A program made the translations under genes and the position numbers. The notes beneath the pieces were generated by a model. It saw only the letters and a program-made list of their open reading frames with translations. It was not told where the DNA came from and made no database searches. A stretch of DNA of 63,805 nucleotides, counting the filler, from Asterionella formosa (lineage: Eukaryota), in assembly GCA_002256025.1 (NCBI GenBank). It is 6 parts of 6 records of this genome, joined end to end, with 100 filler letters (N's around TTAATTAATTAA, not from the genome) between each part and the next. Parts side by side here need not be neighbours in the genome. Positions count along the whole stretch, not along the records: positions 21,338 to 31,888 come from NKIB01009367.1; positions 31,989 to 42,532 come from NKIB01009368.1; 4 more parts are not named here. One strand, written 5' to 3'. Shown here in pieces: positions 24,183 to 33,980 of the stretch (the first letter of the stretch is position 1; the number at the start of each line of letters is the position of its first letter).

Positions 24183-25724
24183 ATGGAGCTTCCCACCATA
24201 GTCACCTCCCCCGCTGTCACGATCACTCCCTCAACGAAGTTAAGCAGAAAACGGCGGACACCAAAACTTCCACTGTCGCTCTCACCAATGCACCCAACAT
24301 CCAGCTTCCGACAGCAAAGAAAACCCGATCTACATTACGGCCCTCAATTTCTGTTGGGTCTGACCATAGCTGGCGTGGGATCAGCGCTACTGGCTACCGT
24401 TTTTTCACTCTTTCACGTGGACGTCTTTTTGCGAGTCTACGATTTACCGTTGTCTACCTACGCCACCGGCAATGTCATTTTTGGAATAATCAATACCGCC
24501 AATGACTTAGTCGGTTCCTGGATGGTAGACGCTGCCGCTGCCACAAGTGGAGGCAGATCAGAATGGATTGGAATTTCCGGATGCTTATTTGCCGTTTGTT
24601 TCTTGACTCCCTTCTTCCAGTGGACGAAACGGCCAGGACTGCACTTTGTCGCTAGCATGGGTTTGCATGATACCATGTATAGCTTCACGGCTATTCTGCT
24701 TGGGTCAGTAGTGACAGACCATCATGATATGTCGGATGCGGAACGCGTGCGATTTATGGCATCGGGGAAGGTCGCCAACCTTGTGGCTTCATTTCTTGTG
24801 GCAAGAATAGGACTGGAAATCTTTGAACAAAGTGATATGGCGAATTTTCAATCATTTTTACTCATTTTGGCATTTTTGGTGTGCGCACTCTTTGTGACTG
24901 CTCAGGTTTTGATCAACACGCAAATAAAGCAAGTGGCCACGGAGATCAATACTGTGAGACCACGGAAGAAGTTGCAACTCAGGCGAGTTATTGCTGATTT
25001 TTGGAATCATTCCAATTTTGGTGCATGGATACGGATGGAGATGCTGTTGGAATGTCAAGTCACTTTTGTCAATGCATTCTTGAAGACGTTTGTTGATCGA
25101 CTGGTTTTGGAGGGTGGAGGTATCTCTAGAGATACCTGTGATTGGTTATTGTCCATGATTCATCCGCTGAAACAAATCATGGCGATTTTATGCTATATTC
25201 CAATTCGAACTTATGGATATCACAAGGTGTACATGGGTTTGTTTACTATCAACTTCGTAATATCAGCTACTTGCTGCTCATTTGTTTCACCGTCGAATAC
25301 ATGGATTATTCTTGGATTCATGATAACATACTCTGTCCTCACTGGAGCTGTATTGTCGGCTGGCTTCCACCTGGCAATGTCCGATATGGTTTTGGAAATG
25401 AAACACCAACACTTCCTTGCAGGCAGACTTGACGAACCATCACTGGCTGGACTTTTCATGGGGGCCAATGCACTCTTGTGCAAACCTATGGAGTCATTTT
25501 TACCAATTATGGCAGCCATCTTTCTGGACGAAACGTCCTTTTCAGAGGAAGTTACGTCAAAATCTGCGACGAGGGTCTTGTTTTATCTACTTGTCATCCC
25601 ACCCACCATATTTTCATTGATTCAAATGTTTGCATGGAGAACTTACAGTCTGACCCCAGAAAGGACCAGAAAACTAAGAGCAGAATTGAAGGAGCACCAC
25701 CTCTTCGAAGGAGATTCAGCCTAG
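24183..25724 (+). CDS. MFSD13A: MFS-type membrane protein, TMEM180/MFSD13A-like
   Basis: Multi-TM ORF with FHVDVFL.VY, IFGIINTANDL, LHFVASMGL.DTMYSF, MSDMV.E, FMGANAL..KP.ES..P. First ATG at 24183. Confidence 0.75.
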   Translation: MELPTIVTSPAVTITPSTKLSRKRRTPKLPLSLSPMHPTSSFRQQRKPDLHYGPQFLLGLTIAGVGSALLATVFSLFHVDVFLRVYDLPLSTYATGNVIFGIINTANDLVGSWMVDAAAATSGGRSEWIGISGCLFAVCFLTPFFQWTKRPGLHFVASMGLHDTMYSFTAILLGSVVTDHHDMSDAERVRFMASGKVANLVASFLVARIGLEIFEQSDMANFQSFLLILAFLVCALFVTAQVLINTQIKQVATEINTVRPRKKLQLRRVIADFWNHSNFGAWIRMEMLLECQVTFVNAFLKTFVDRLVLEGGGISRDTCDWLLSMIHPLKQIMAILCYIPIRTYGYHKVYMGLFTINFVISATCCSFVSPSNTWIILGFMITYSVLTGAVLSAGFHLAMSDMVLEMKHQHFLAGRLDEPSLAGLFMGANALLCKPMESFLPIMAAIFLDETSFSEEVTSKSATRVLFYLLVIPPTIFSLIQMFAWRTYSLTPERTRKLRAELKEHHLFEGDSA

Positions 25725-25731
25725 AAATTAT

Positions 25732-27096
25732 TCAAAAGATAACATCAGGAGCTTCTAATCCCGTAGAGAGGTCGAGTTGATTCCGCCAAATGGAGAATTT
25801 GGCAGGAGTTGTGTTGTGTTGGTCCCAAAATAGTGCGTCAAAGCAAACGGAACAAAGCACTCGTGGAGCTCCATCTGTCATAGGACCACCTTGCGTAGCA
25901 ACAGCACCTGGTTGGTTCTTTCCACAGGCATCACAGTAGACAGCATGATACGACGGGACCCAATCGTCGTGGATCAAGGGGTAAGAGGTGGGTTGTTTGG
26001 GTCCTAGTTGAATGTCCGACAAGAAGATGGCGGTCTCGACGTCACCATGATGGACATGGACGTAACGGGTGCCCAGTCTCCATTTAATTTGATCCAGACG
26101 AGTGTTGGTCATGGACTTTATATGTATCTCGTTGTCCGGGTGGATACCTAGATATGCTCGTCTAGGCAATTGCACATTTTTGCGTGTTTGGTTGTCTTTA
26201 TCTCCGTCGAGCCAAATTAAGATTGGTGTAACGTAGTCAACTTTGCCAGCAGCGTTGTAAAATGTGTCCTCCACGAAGAAGAATCCCGATCGTTCCTTTG
26301 ACGATTTCATTTGATCCTCTTCGGTTTCTTCCCAAAATTCGTCTTCTGAAAGCTCTACAATTGCGGCATGTACATCCTCTAAAGTCTGACTTGCCAGGAA
26401 CTCCAACTCCAATCTATGTGCAGCCATGGAAGGTTGATTCTTGAGATTTCGACGCCAGACTTCTAATCGCACGGTTGTAAAATAAGAATTAGAAATGGGT
26501 GGATCTGGAAGAGAGTGTCGATCTTTCATTCTAAGCCGTACGTTGGCGTGAGACTGCAGTCCGTAGGCTTGCTGTACATTGGCTTCCATGTATTCCACAA
26601 CTTGTCGCATTTGTGTGCATTTAGCTCCAACCATCCTATCAGCGTTTAACTCTTCTACAGTTGGCGTGTCTTTAAAAATTTTCCACAGCTCCCGCTCATA
26701 CGAGATCATTTTCGACGGATCCTGTAAAGATACGACCTTCTCCCCTCCTTGTTCCAGCGGTTCAGGTAGTTTGGAATCATAATCAAAATTGCGCGGCAAA
26801 CGTACTCGATTGACGGACCAACCTTTGGGCTTTGCTGCACCTGCATCCAATTCTTTGATAACCTTTCTTCGCTCTAGGGACTTCCATTTCTCAATACGCT
26901 CGGTCAGTACAGATTCCACCATTTGCTTCGATGGGAGCACGGCTATGTGGGAGCAATCAAATGGATCGTCGTTATCCCCGGTGTCGCTATCACTTTGGTC
27001 CCGTGGTAAAGTGTCACTTCGAGTTTGCTTCCGACCCCATAGCATCTCCCATTGCGTGCGAACCTCCATTCCAGTTGTCTTCCTTCGCAGCATCAT
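25732..27096 (-). CDS. SNAPC3: snRNA-activating protein complex subunit 3 (SNAP50)
   Basis: EFLASQTL.D, SGFFFVEDTFY, RLGTRYVHVHHGD, YPL, CDAC...CSVCF (zf-SNAP50_C-like). Confidence 0.8.
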   Translation of the reverse strand: MMLRRKTTGMEVRTQWEMLWGRKQTRSDTLPRDQSDSDTGDNDDPFDCSHIAVLPSKQMVESVLTERIEKWKSLERRKVIKELDAGAAKPKGWSVNRVRLPRNFDYDSKLPEPLEQGGEKVVSLQDPSKMISYERELWKIFKDTPTVEELNADRMVGAKCTQMRQVVEYMEANVQQAYGLQSHANVRLRMKDRHSLPDPPISNSYFTTVRLEVWRRNLKNQPSMAAHRLELEFLASQTLEDVHAAIVELSEDEFWEETEEDQMKSSKERSGFFFVEDTFYNAAGKVDYVTPILIWLDGDKDNQTRKNVQLPRRAYLGIHPDNEIHIKSMTNTRLDQIKWRLGTRYVHVHHGDVETAIFLSDIQLGPKQPTSYPLIHDDWVPSYHAVYCDACGKNQPGAVATQGGPMTDGAPRVLCSVCFDALFWDQHNTTPAKFSIWRNQLDLSTGLEAPDVIF

Positions 27097-27315
27097 GGTG
27101 CAGAATGAGACTCCTCGTCATGCAGTTCGATTTTAAACTTTACAAAGCTACATTACAAAAGGATGAAATATGGAAAGTATGTTACTGAAGTACAGTTATT
27201 TTTTAGACGAATATAAATAAATATTGTCCCTGAAGGGTGTAAATAGATACCAGTGGGCAGCTAGATGTGTTTGGGGTGCGTCGCGATAATTTGATATACC
27301 GGTAAGCAAAGATTA

Positions 27316-27510
27316 GGTGAACGGCTTAGTGGCTAGCACACCCACTGTTGTGGCGGGTTCGATTCCTGCATTCTCCACCTGTCTTTTTCATGTAGTCCCC
27401 CTAGGGTTCCGGGGGGTGCGGCTGACGAAAACGACAGGTCCCTCTGTACCGTACGGACGAATAAAACCGGTACTAATTGTGTTCATCTATGTGGTGGGCC
27501 CGAGTGCATC
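27316..27510 (+). mobile_element. tRNA-Ala-derived SINE, copy 1 (followed by partial internal duplication to ~27555)
   Basis: Head ggtgaacggcttagtggctagc...gcgggttcgattcctgcattctccacc with A and B boxes. Body is homologous to the 58198..58412 copy. Confidence 0.75.
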
Positions 27511-28237
27511 CACCTGTCTTTTTCATGTTGTCCCTAGGGTTCCGGGGAGGTACGGGAAACTCCGTACTTCCTCCCCACGTGGAAAATTCCTTTTCCGTAT
27601 CGTGCACAGACCTCGCTGCTTTTTTTCAAATATCTTGCAAAATTCTAGTCGCGCGTTCATCTGCGAAGTTCGCGTACTTCTTGAAAATTACGCGCGACTA
27701 CCTTTTCGTCGAATCGAGTTTAAGCTCGGATCAGGCATAAAACATCCACGGGCAATAATAACATTGCTCATCACAAGGTATTCTTATACCGGTGTTAAAG
27801 TGAGCTCATCTACGTACCGGTAGTTAGGACTCGGAGTCAAACGAGTCAAACGAGTCGAATGAGTCAACTTAGATGTATCAAGCTCTCATCAACCACACAT
27901 TATACGTTTACTCCGCCTATAATGAGCCAGACGATATAAGCTATTTCAGAAGACCGCTAGTTTGAAAATGAATGATCATGGTTAAAAACCTATAATCAGT
28001 AAGTGTGAGATAGACATGGGTCTATCTATGATTGTATGTTTCTAGAAATGCAAACAGCATTTGGAGAATAGTTCATTTGTTTGTTAAAACAGAACAACCT
28101 AAAACTAGATTGGTAAACTCACAATAAGAATATAGAAACGGAAAGAGAAACGAATGAATCCTGTCTATAGTCCTCTTTATCTAATGATATAGATCTATTA
28201 AAAGGTAATACTTTAACATGTTTATAAACGAACTTAA

Positions 28238-28640
28238 GTGGCATTTAACATGTCTACAGAAATGTCTGAAGAGAGCATGAGGCTCATCAAGTTTGATCGC
28301 AACGAAACGAACTGGTACCAGTGGAGCGTTAAAACGATTGCTCTGGCGAAGGCAAGAGGATTCCGAACGATGTACTCGAAGAACCACAACCCGTGCTCTG
28401 ACGAAGAGTATGAAGTCGAGGCAGACAAGGGAGTCAGGGCAATCTACGAGGCCAATGACAAGGCTTACCAGCTGCTCATCATGAGCTCCACCGGAATTGC
28501 CTTCTGACTTGTAAACCAAGCAAAAAAGAAAACGTTGATCGATGGCAATGCATACATGGCATGGAAGAACCTCGAAGCGAGGTATGCCCCCCATTCTATG
28601 TCGGACCTGATCCAGCTGGCAAGCGATTTTAACAAATGTG
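28238..28640 (+). mobile_element. Copia gag N-terminal relic
   Basis: FDRNETNWYQWSVK..A.A..RGF, NDKAYQLLIMS, GNAYMAWKNLEARYAP; in-frame stop present. Confidence 0.65.
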
Positions 28641-29725
28641 GACAAAGCCTTGCACCGTTTTCAACATCCATCCTCCCCAGTCAGGTGCCAACACAGCCCC
28701 CATGCCTGGGCCGCACCTGCCTAGTATGGGGCCCACCCACAACTCACTGCACCATCAGATGACTCGGCACCTCTGAATTCCTCTGAAGCCACGCACTCGC
28801 ATTCAGGAAGTAATTGGCGTGCTCCTGTACTATGCCTGTGCAGTCGACAGCACCATGTTGGTAGCTTTTGGTTCCATCGCCTCTGCAGCCCACACTGCGG
28901 CAACTGCCCAGGCTGTGACCCAACTTCTCAATTATTGTGCTACGCACCCAGACGCTGTGATCCGCTTCCATGCCAGTGACATGGTGCTACATGTTCACTC
29001 TGATGCCTCCTAGTATCTGTCAGAGGCACATGCCCATAGCCGGGCTGGAGGATATTTCTTCTTGAGTGCTTGACCACATGATCCCCTTGTTGCACCTCTG
29101 CCAACCAGCAAACCACCCCCAGTCAATGGACCAATCCATACAACATGCACCATTATGCATGTGGTCCTGTCCTCTGCAACTGAGGCCGAAATGGGCGCCC
29201 TGTTCTATAATGCCAAGGATGCAGCTTGGCTCCACACCACCCTTCAAGATCTTGGCAACCCCCAACCTCCCACTCCCATTCAGACAGACAATGCCTGTGT
29301 GCTGCCAGTATCATTAATGACACAGTCAAGCAATGGCATTCCAAAGCCATTGACATGCGCTTTTATTGGGTCCGCAATCGCATCAAGCAGCAAAAATTCC
29401 TTGTCCATTGGTGCCGTGGCTCCAACAATTTGGCTGACTACTTTACCAAGCATCACTCCCCATCCCATCATCGCCTCATGCGCTCCCGGTACTTGCTCGA
29501 TCTCCATCGTCCTCCCTCCTCCACTGTTCCTCTGGTGTGTGCTTCCTCTTGTTCACTTCTGGGCAAGGGTGTGTTGATAAACCCATTGGCATCCTCCGGG
29601 TTTCTCCGCCAAATGACCCAGAACCTAATCAAGCAAGCTAGCCCTAGCCAGTCCACTCACTCATAAATTACGTAGTTCATCGATTTCCTTCACAACTGTC
29701 CTTTTGTGTTTTGAGTTCATCAATA
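28640..29725 (+). mobile_element. CoDi-like Copia RT end/RNase H relic with PPT and putative 3' LTR
   Basis: LHVHSDAS*YLSE, SSATEAEMGALF, PTPIQTDN, SKAIDMRFYW, NLADYFTKHH. PPT gggcaagggtg is followed by TGTTG at ~29572. Confidence 0.8.
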
Positions 29726-30357
29726 CCTGGTACCACCAGCAGGGGTACCTGGTACCATACCCTGGTACCAGGTAGAAGAAATTTTAAGAATTTACGCAAA
29801 TTTTTTCGCCCAGAGGGAGTGCGTTCGACCCTGTAAAACCATGGAGACAATGATATTTTTAGAGCTCTACATACAATAAAAGTATGAACATATTTTTTGG
29901 TCTAATTTACTACTTACGGTATATAATATCCCGACATGTGATGGTGTGTGCGTATAAGTACCGGAATAGTACCTGGTACCAGGGTACCAGGTACTAGGTG
30001 CCGGTAGTATGATGTCTGAGTGTGTCTGTTAGGCTGTTGATGTCGACAGGTGTCCGAAGCTAGATGTAGTCTGAGGAATGTATAACGGAAATACCGGTAG
30101 ACAGGATTGCTTTATATTCATGACCCTATATGTAGCAGAATAGTATGCAGACGAGCGTCGTGAGAAAGATCTTGACCGCCACATATTTCAACAGCATGAT
30201 AGCCTTGCATTCAAAACGATTCGACCGCAAACTACCTCACACCGTTTCATGAATACAATAGCAAACATTATCGAATGCCAGCAATAAAGGTTACGATATC
30301 AAAACTATAGCTAAAGTTACATGCAGTCCATACTCCATACGATAACCGTGAAAATGA

Positions 30358-31434
30358 TCAAAAATCCGCCTGCCTAGAACTGATTGGACGTCGTAGAGCT
30401 TCTGCAAGCTTTGCCTCGCGTTGATCTGTCAATGTGACTTTTTTGCCTTCCTTCTTTTTGAAGGCCATTGCACGTTGTTTTTGAAACCAATGAAGCAAAG
30501 AATTCCTTGTAGACTTCTGCTTTGGCCAAGCCCCATTATTGGCTTCAACGAAATCCTTAAGATCCTTGCAATTCTTGTCCCAGATCGCTTGGTGAACGTT
30601 CCAAACAAAATCTATACGTTCCAAAAGTTCGATACGGTCTTTTGTCATCGGAGAACTTCGCCCTCTCTTCAATAGCGAGTAATTTTGTCGCTGTCGGTTC
30701 ACCCAAATGCTAAGTTCTGTGTACGTTGGATCTTTGAAAGGCACAACAGTGTGCCCAAAAATCCTGATATACTCCTCAAGTTCTCTATATTTCTTTGTCC
30801 ACATTTCATCAATTTGTTCTCCCCAAGTGAAGCCTATTTCGTCCAGTTTTTGTATCCTTTCTTGTGTCATTCCAGTGTGTTTCATCGACCTTTGATTAGC
30901 AATCCAATAGTAAAGCTGAGGATTATCTGCCTTCTTGACGTTGAAATGCCCGTTCTCTTCTAAAAATTGCTTCAGATTTTCGTAATTAGTCTCCCATTCG
31001 AATTGTATGGCATTCCACACCATTCCCAGCGAGTTCAGGGCTTGGATCCGGTCGTCAGTCATGGGCGTTACCTTACCACGCAACCTCTGCTGATAATTCC
31101 ACCTTTGTGTAACAACCCATTGATATAGATCACCTGCTTCAGTGTCAGAGTGTTCCACTTTGGTACGCCCATTGTGCTTCTCCACAAATGCACGAAAGGC
31201 TTGAAACTTGACCTCCCATTTTTTATGGGAACGCGTACAATGGCATTCTTCGTTCTGTAGTGTCGTTGGTATATCCTTGATATTCGCTGAGTTCGAAAAG
31301 GACCGCTGATAGTGTTGCGACAGTAGTTTGATGTTCATGTAGCGGTAGTTACGGGCTTTAGTACGAGCAGTACCTGTAGTTGCTTTACACCAAGCAACTC
31401 GTATCACATTTCGGGATGATACCGATAGAAGCAT
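30358..31434 (-). CDS. Helicase-associated (HA) domain repeat protein, likely mitochondrial
   Basis: Four W..xy..L..F....G...V......L..WV..QR......R...L..LG..W repeats; Arg/Ser/Thr-rich N-terminus (QRSFSN). Confidence 0.85.
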   Translation of the reverse strand: MLLSVSSRNVIRVAWCKATTGTARTKARNYRYMNIKLLSQHYQRSFSNSANIKDIPTTLQNEECHCTRSHKKWEVKFQAFRAFVEKHNGRTKVEHSDTEAGDLYQWVVTQRWNYQQRLRGKVTPMTDDRIQALNSLGMVWNAIQFEWETNYENLKQFLEENGHFNVKKADNPQLYYWIANQRSMKHTGMTQERIQKLDEIGFTWGEQIDEMWTKKYRELEEYIRIFGHTVVPFKDPTYTELSIWVNRQRQNYSLLKRGRSSPMTKDRIELLERIDFVWNVHQAIWDKNCKDLKDFVEANNGAWPKQKSTRNSLLHWFQKQRAMAFKKKEGKKVTLTDQREAKLAEALRRPISSRQADF

Positions 31435-31693
31435 TGTTCCGTTGAACAGATATTATATGACAATGAATTTGGAAAGTAACAGCAACATGTCATTGATTAT
31501 GAATGAAAGACTCATAAATTCCTCTGCCTGATGATCTGCATTGAACAGTGCATCAAACTACTGAAGGAAAGACACGACCGACGGTTGGTGGCCGGGCGCC
31601 ACTCGTTTGGTCAACCTGCTCGCGCCTCCCAAGCCTCGAACACAAGATTACGAGTAGGCAGACTCCTCCCGAGTACCGGTAGGGTCTTAACTA

Positions 31694-31888
31694 GGCAATT
31701 CCCGCTCCAGCTATCGTCTTGCCATTCGGGTACTTCTAAGTAATTTTTAGGCTCTAAGTAATCTCTTAAGTAATTGATTTTTAGGGGCAATATGGGGCAT
31801 ATCAATTTTTTCGACAGAATGAAAATTGCCGATTTTAGGATGACAGCCAGAATAACGGTAAAATACATAAAAAGGGTACAACAAGCGT
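31694..31888 (+). mobile_element. DNA transposon terminus (GGCAATTCCC...), copy 2, truncated by scaffold end
   Basis: Reverse complement of 22403..22593. Confidence 0.7.
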
Positions 31889-33059
31889 NNNNNNNNNNNN
31901 NNNNNNNNNNNNNNNNNNNNNNNNNNNNNNNNTTAATTAATTAANNNNNNNNNNNNNNNNNNNNNNNNNNNNNNNNNNNNNNNNNNNNATGAAGCCATCA
32001 ATGTGGTACTTGGATGACAATCGTTGGGAGACAGGCAGCACAACAACAAATTGTTAACTAAACGCAGCCACATTTCCTTTTTTCTCAGTTGATTCAACAG
32101 CTCGTTTCGCTTGTTGGGGAGCACCAATGTAAAACAAAACCAAATTGCATAAGTGCTCTTGTCGCTCGTTAGACCTATTCACTTCTGTTGGAACAAAACT
32201 GACAAAAATTTTATCTTCTATCAAAGTTAAGCTGACAAAAATGAACCGGTAATTTTTATTCGACAACATTGGATACCCAAAACTTACTTATTCAAGAATT
32301 TACTGACAAGTTACTATTACAAGCAGACTTTTGCATCAGTTGCATTGATTTGTGGTAAGTGAAGCAGGAGCGAGGATACGATGGTATTGCGTGTTCTTGT
32401 GTCAATGTAACATGACTAGCTAACAAATCATTCCTTCTCATTGTTACTGTAACTGCATGCATAGGAAAATAAAACCGATCAAACGGAATAGCCGACAAGT
32501 TCAGAATGACACTTACAGCAGGAAAAGAAAAGCAGCAACAGTAAGGCACTGCCTCGCACACGATTCAGAAAAGATGAAGAAATTGGCGAGACAGGAACAA
32601 TATACATTGAGCCAAGTAGAGAGAGAAACGTTGGGTCGCTGGCATGTAGATTAATAGATAGCTTTGCTTAATTTGATAGTTAAATTACGATCCATTTTAA
32701 TCTATTTTGAACAATGCTTGTGATTAGAATTATGATCATGTTTATGATAGATTTACGATAAAACAATTCACATGATAGCATAGAGTTGAGCTAGTTTTAG
32801 GATACATTGTAGTTATAATTTACATCAGGCGGTCATGAGAAGTGAAAATAATATGAGAAGTTTTATGATATTGATGGGAAATGTTGTTGATCAGTTTATA
32901 TACATTGTGTGATGATAATGTTCTTATTATCATTATACTTCAAGGTTGGTAAAAAATTAATAAACTATCATAGTTACAAGATACCTTGATCATATTTTTG
33001 ATCCAAAAATTATCATATATGCGAAAATCCTGTGCCACTTAGCGTACGATACCCTTGAT

Positions 33060-33980
33060 CCTATATGCATGATACTTTTTATTTGCAGACAATGCTCTCT
33101 CGCACCACAGACCTGAAGGTCTCTTTACCCTTTTTACCCTTCAGAGAAACCCGACAGGAAAAATTCATGGCACAAGCCAAAGTATTCTTGATTCCCTCTC
33201 CTGCAAGTTCACAGTGACATTTCGGCGTTTTGTCAACAAGTACTCTCATTACCCTTCCCATTCACTGCAACAGTGTCTCTTCTTCCTCGAAATCAAGACA
33301 GTTTCTTATCAGCGACTTCAATGAAAATCTTTCTAGACAAATCCAAATGCATCCTGCTTTCCAGCCAATCAATGAGTAGCTCTTCAATCTCCATTCATCA
33401 ATAAATCCATGCTGCTCCCAAAGTACCTGCAACAGACCCTTTTTTGCCTTCAATAACTTTTGCTTTAGTCTCTTCAATTGGTAAGTTGTGTTCTCGCACC
33501 TTTAATTGTATTGATTGCTTCTTACCCTTTGATCCATGTGTGGTTTGAATTTGTTTCAATTTTGACTTGTACTCCTCAGAGTCCAAGTCAAGGGCAACAA
33601 CAGCTAACACTCTGCTCCTCCTCGTACCCCTAAACAGGTTCATTGAATTTCGAATGAACAAGAGCTGGTAGGCTCTTTTCATGTACATATTTCGAAAGCT
33701 TCTTGATGGAAAGGATATCCAAGATTTCTTTGGTATATTGTTGAATTCTCATGCAGATGTCACGGTTGGCCTAGATGGATTGCTTGTGATAGATCTTTTG
33801 AGTTTAATCTCAGTAGGAGGATCTTGCGGTGTTTTCGTAAATTGCGGTACTCCTTTGGTAGAGGGTTGAAGATTTTCTTGGCTTCAGGGGAGTCCCATTG
33901 GGTTGTTTTTGGTTGCTGGATGTCGTTGTTGCTGCTGAGAGTAGTGGATGATTGCAGGGGGAACAATGCATGACTCAAAT
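33060..33980 (-). mobile_element. Degenerate DDE (IS630/Tc1-like) transposase relic
   Basis: KKGLLQVLWE..GFID, CLDFEEEETLLQ, VDKTPKCHCELAGEGI spread over broken frames. Confidence 0.6.

Noticed and set aside
27316..27380. Functional tRNA gene (also 58347-58412)
   Set aside because: Anticodon arm is collapsed, the acceptor stem is mismatched, and it continues into a shared SINE body.
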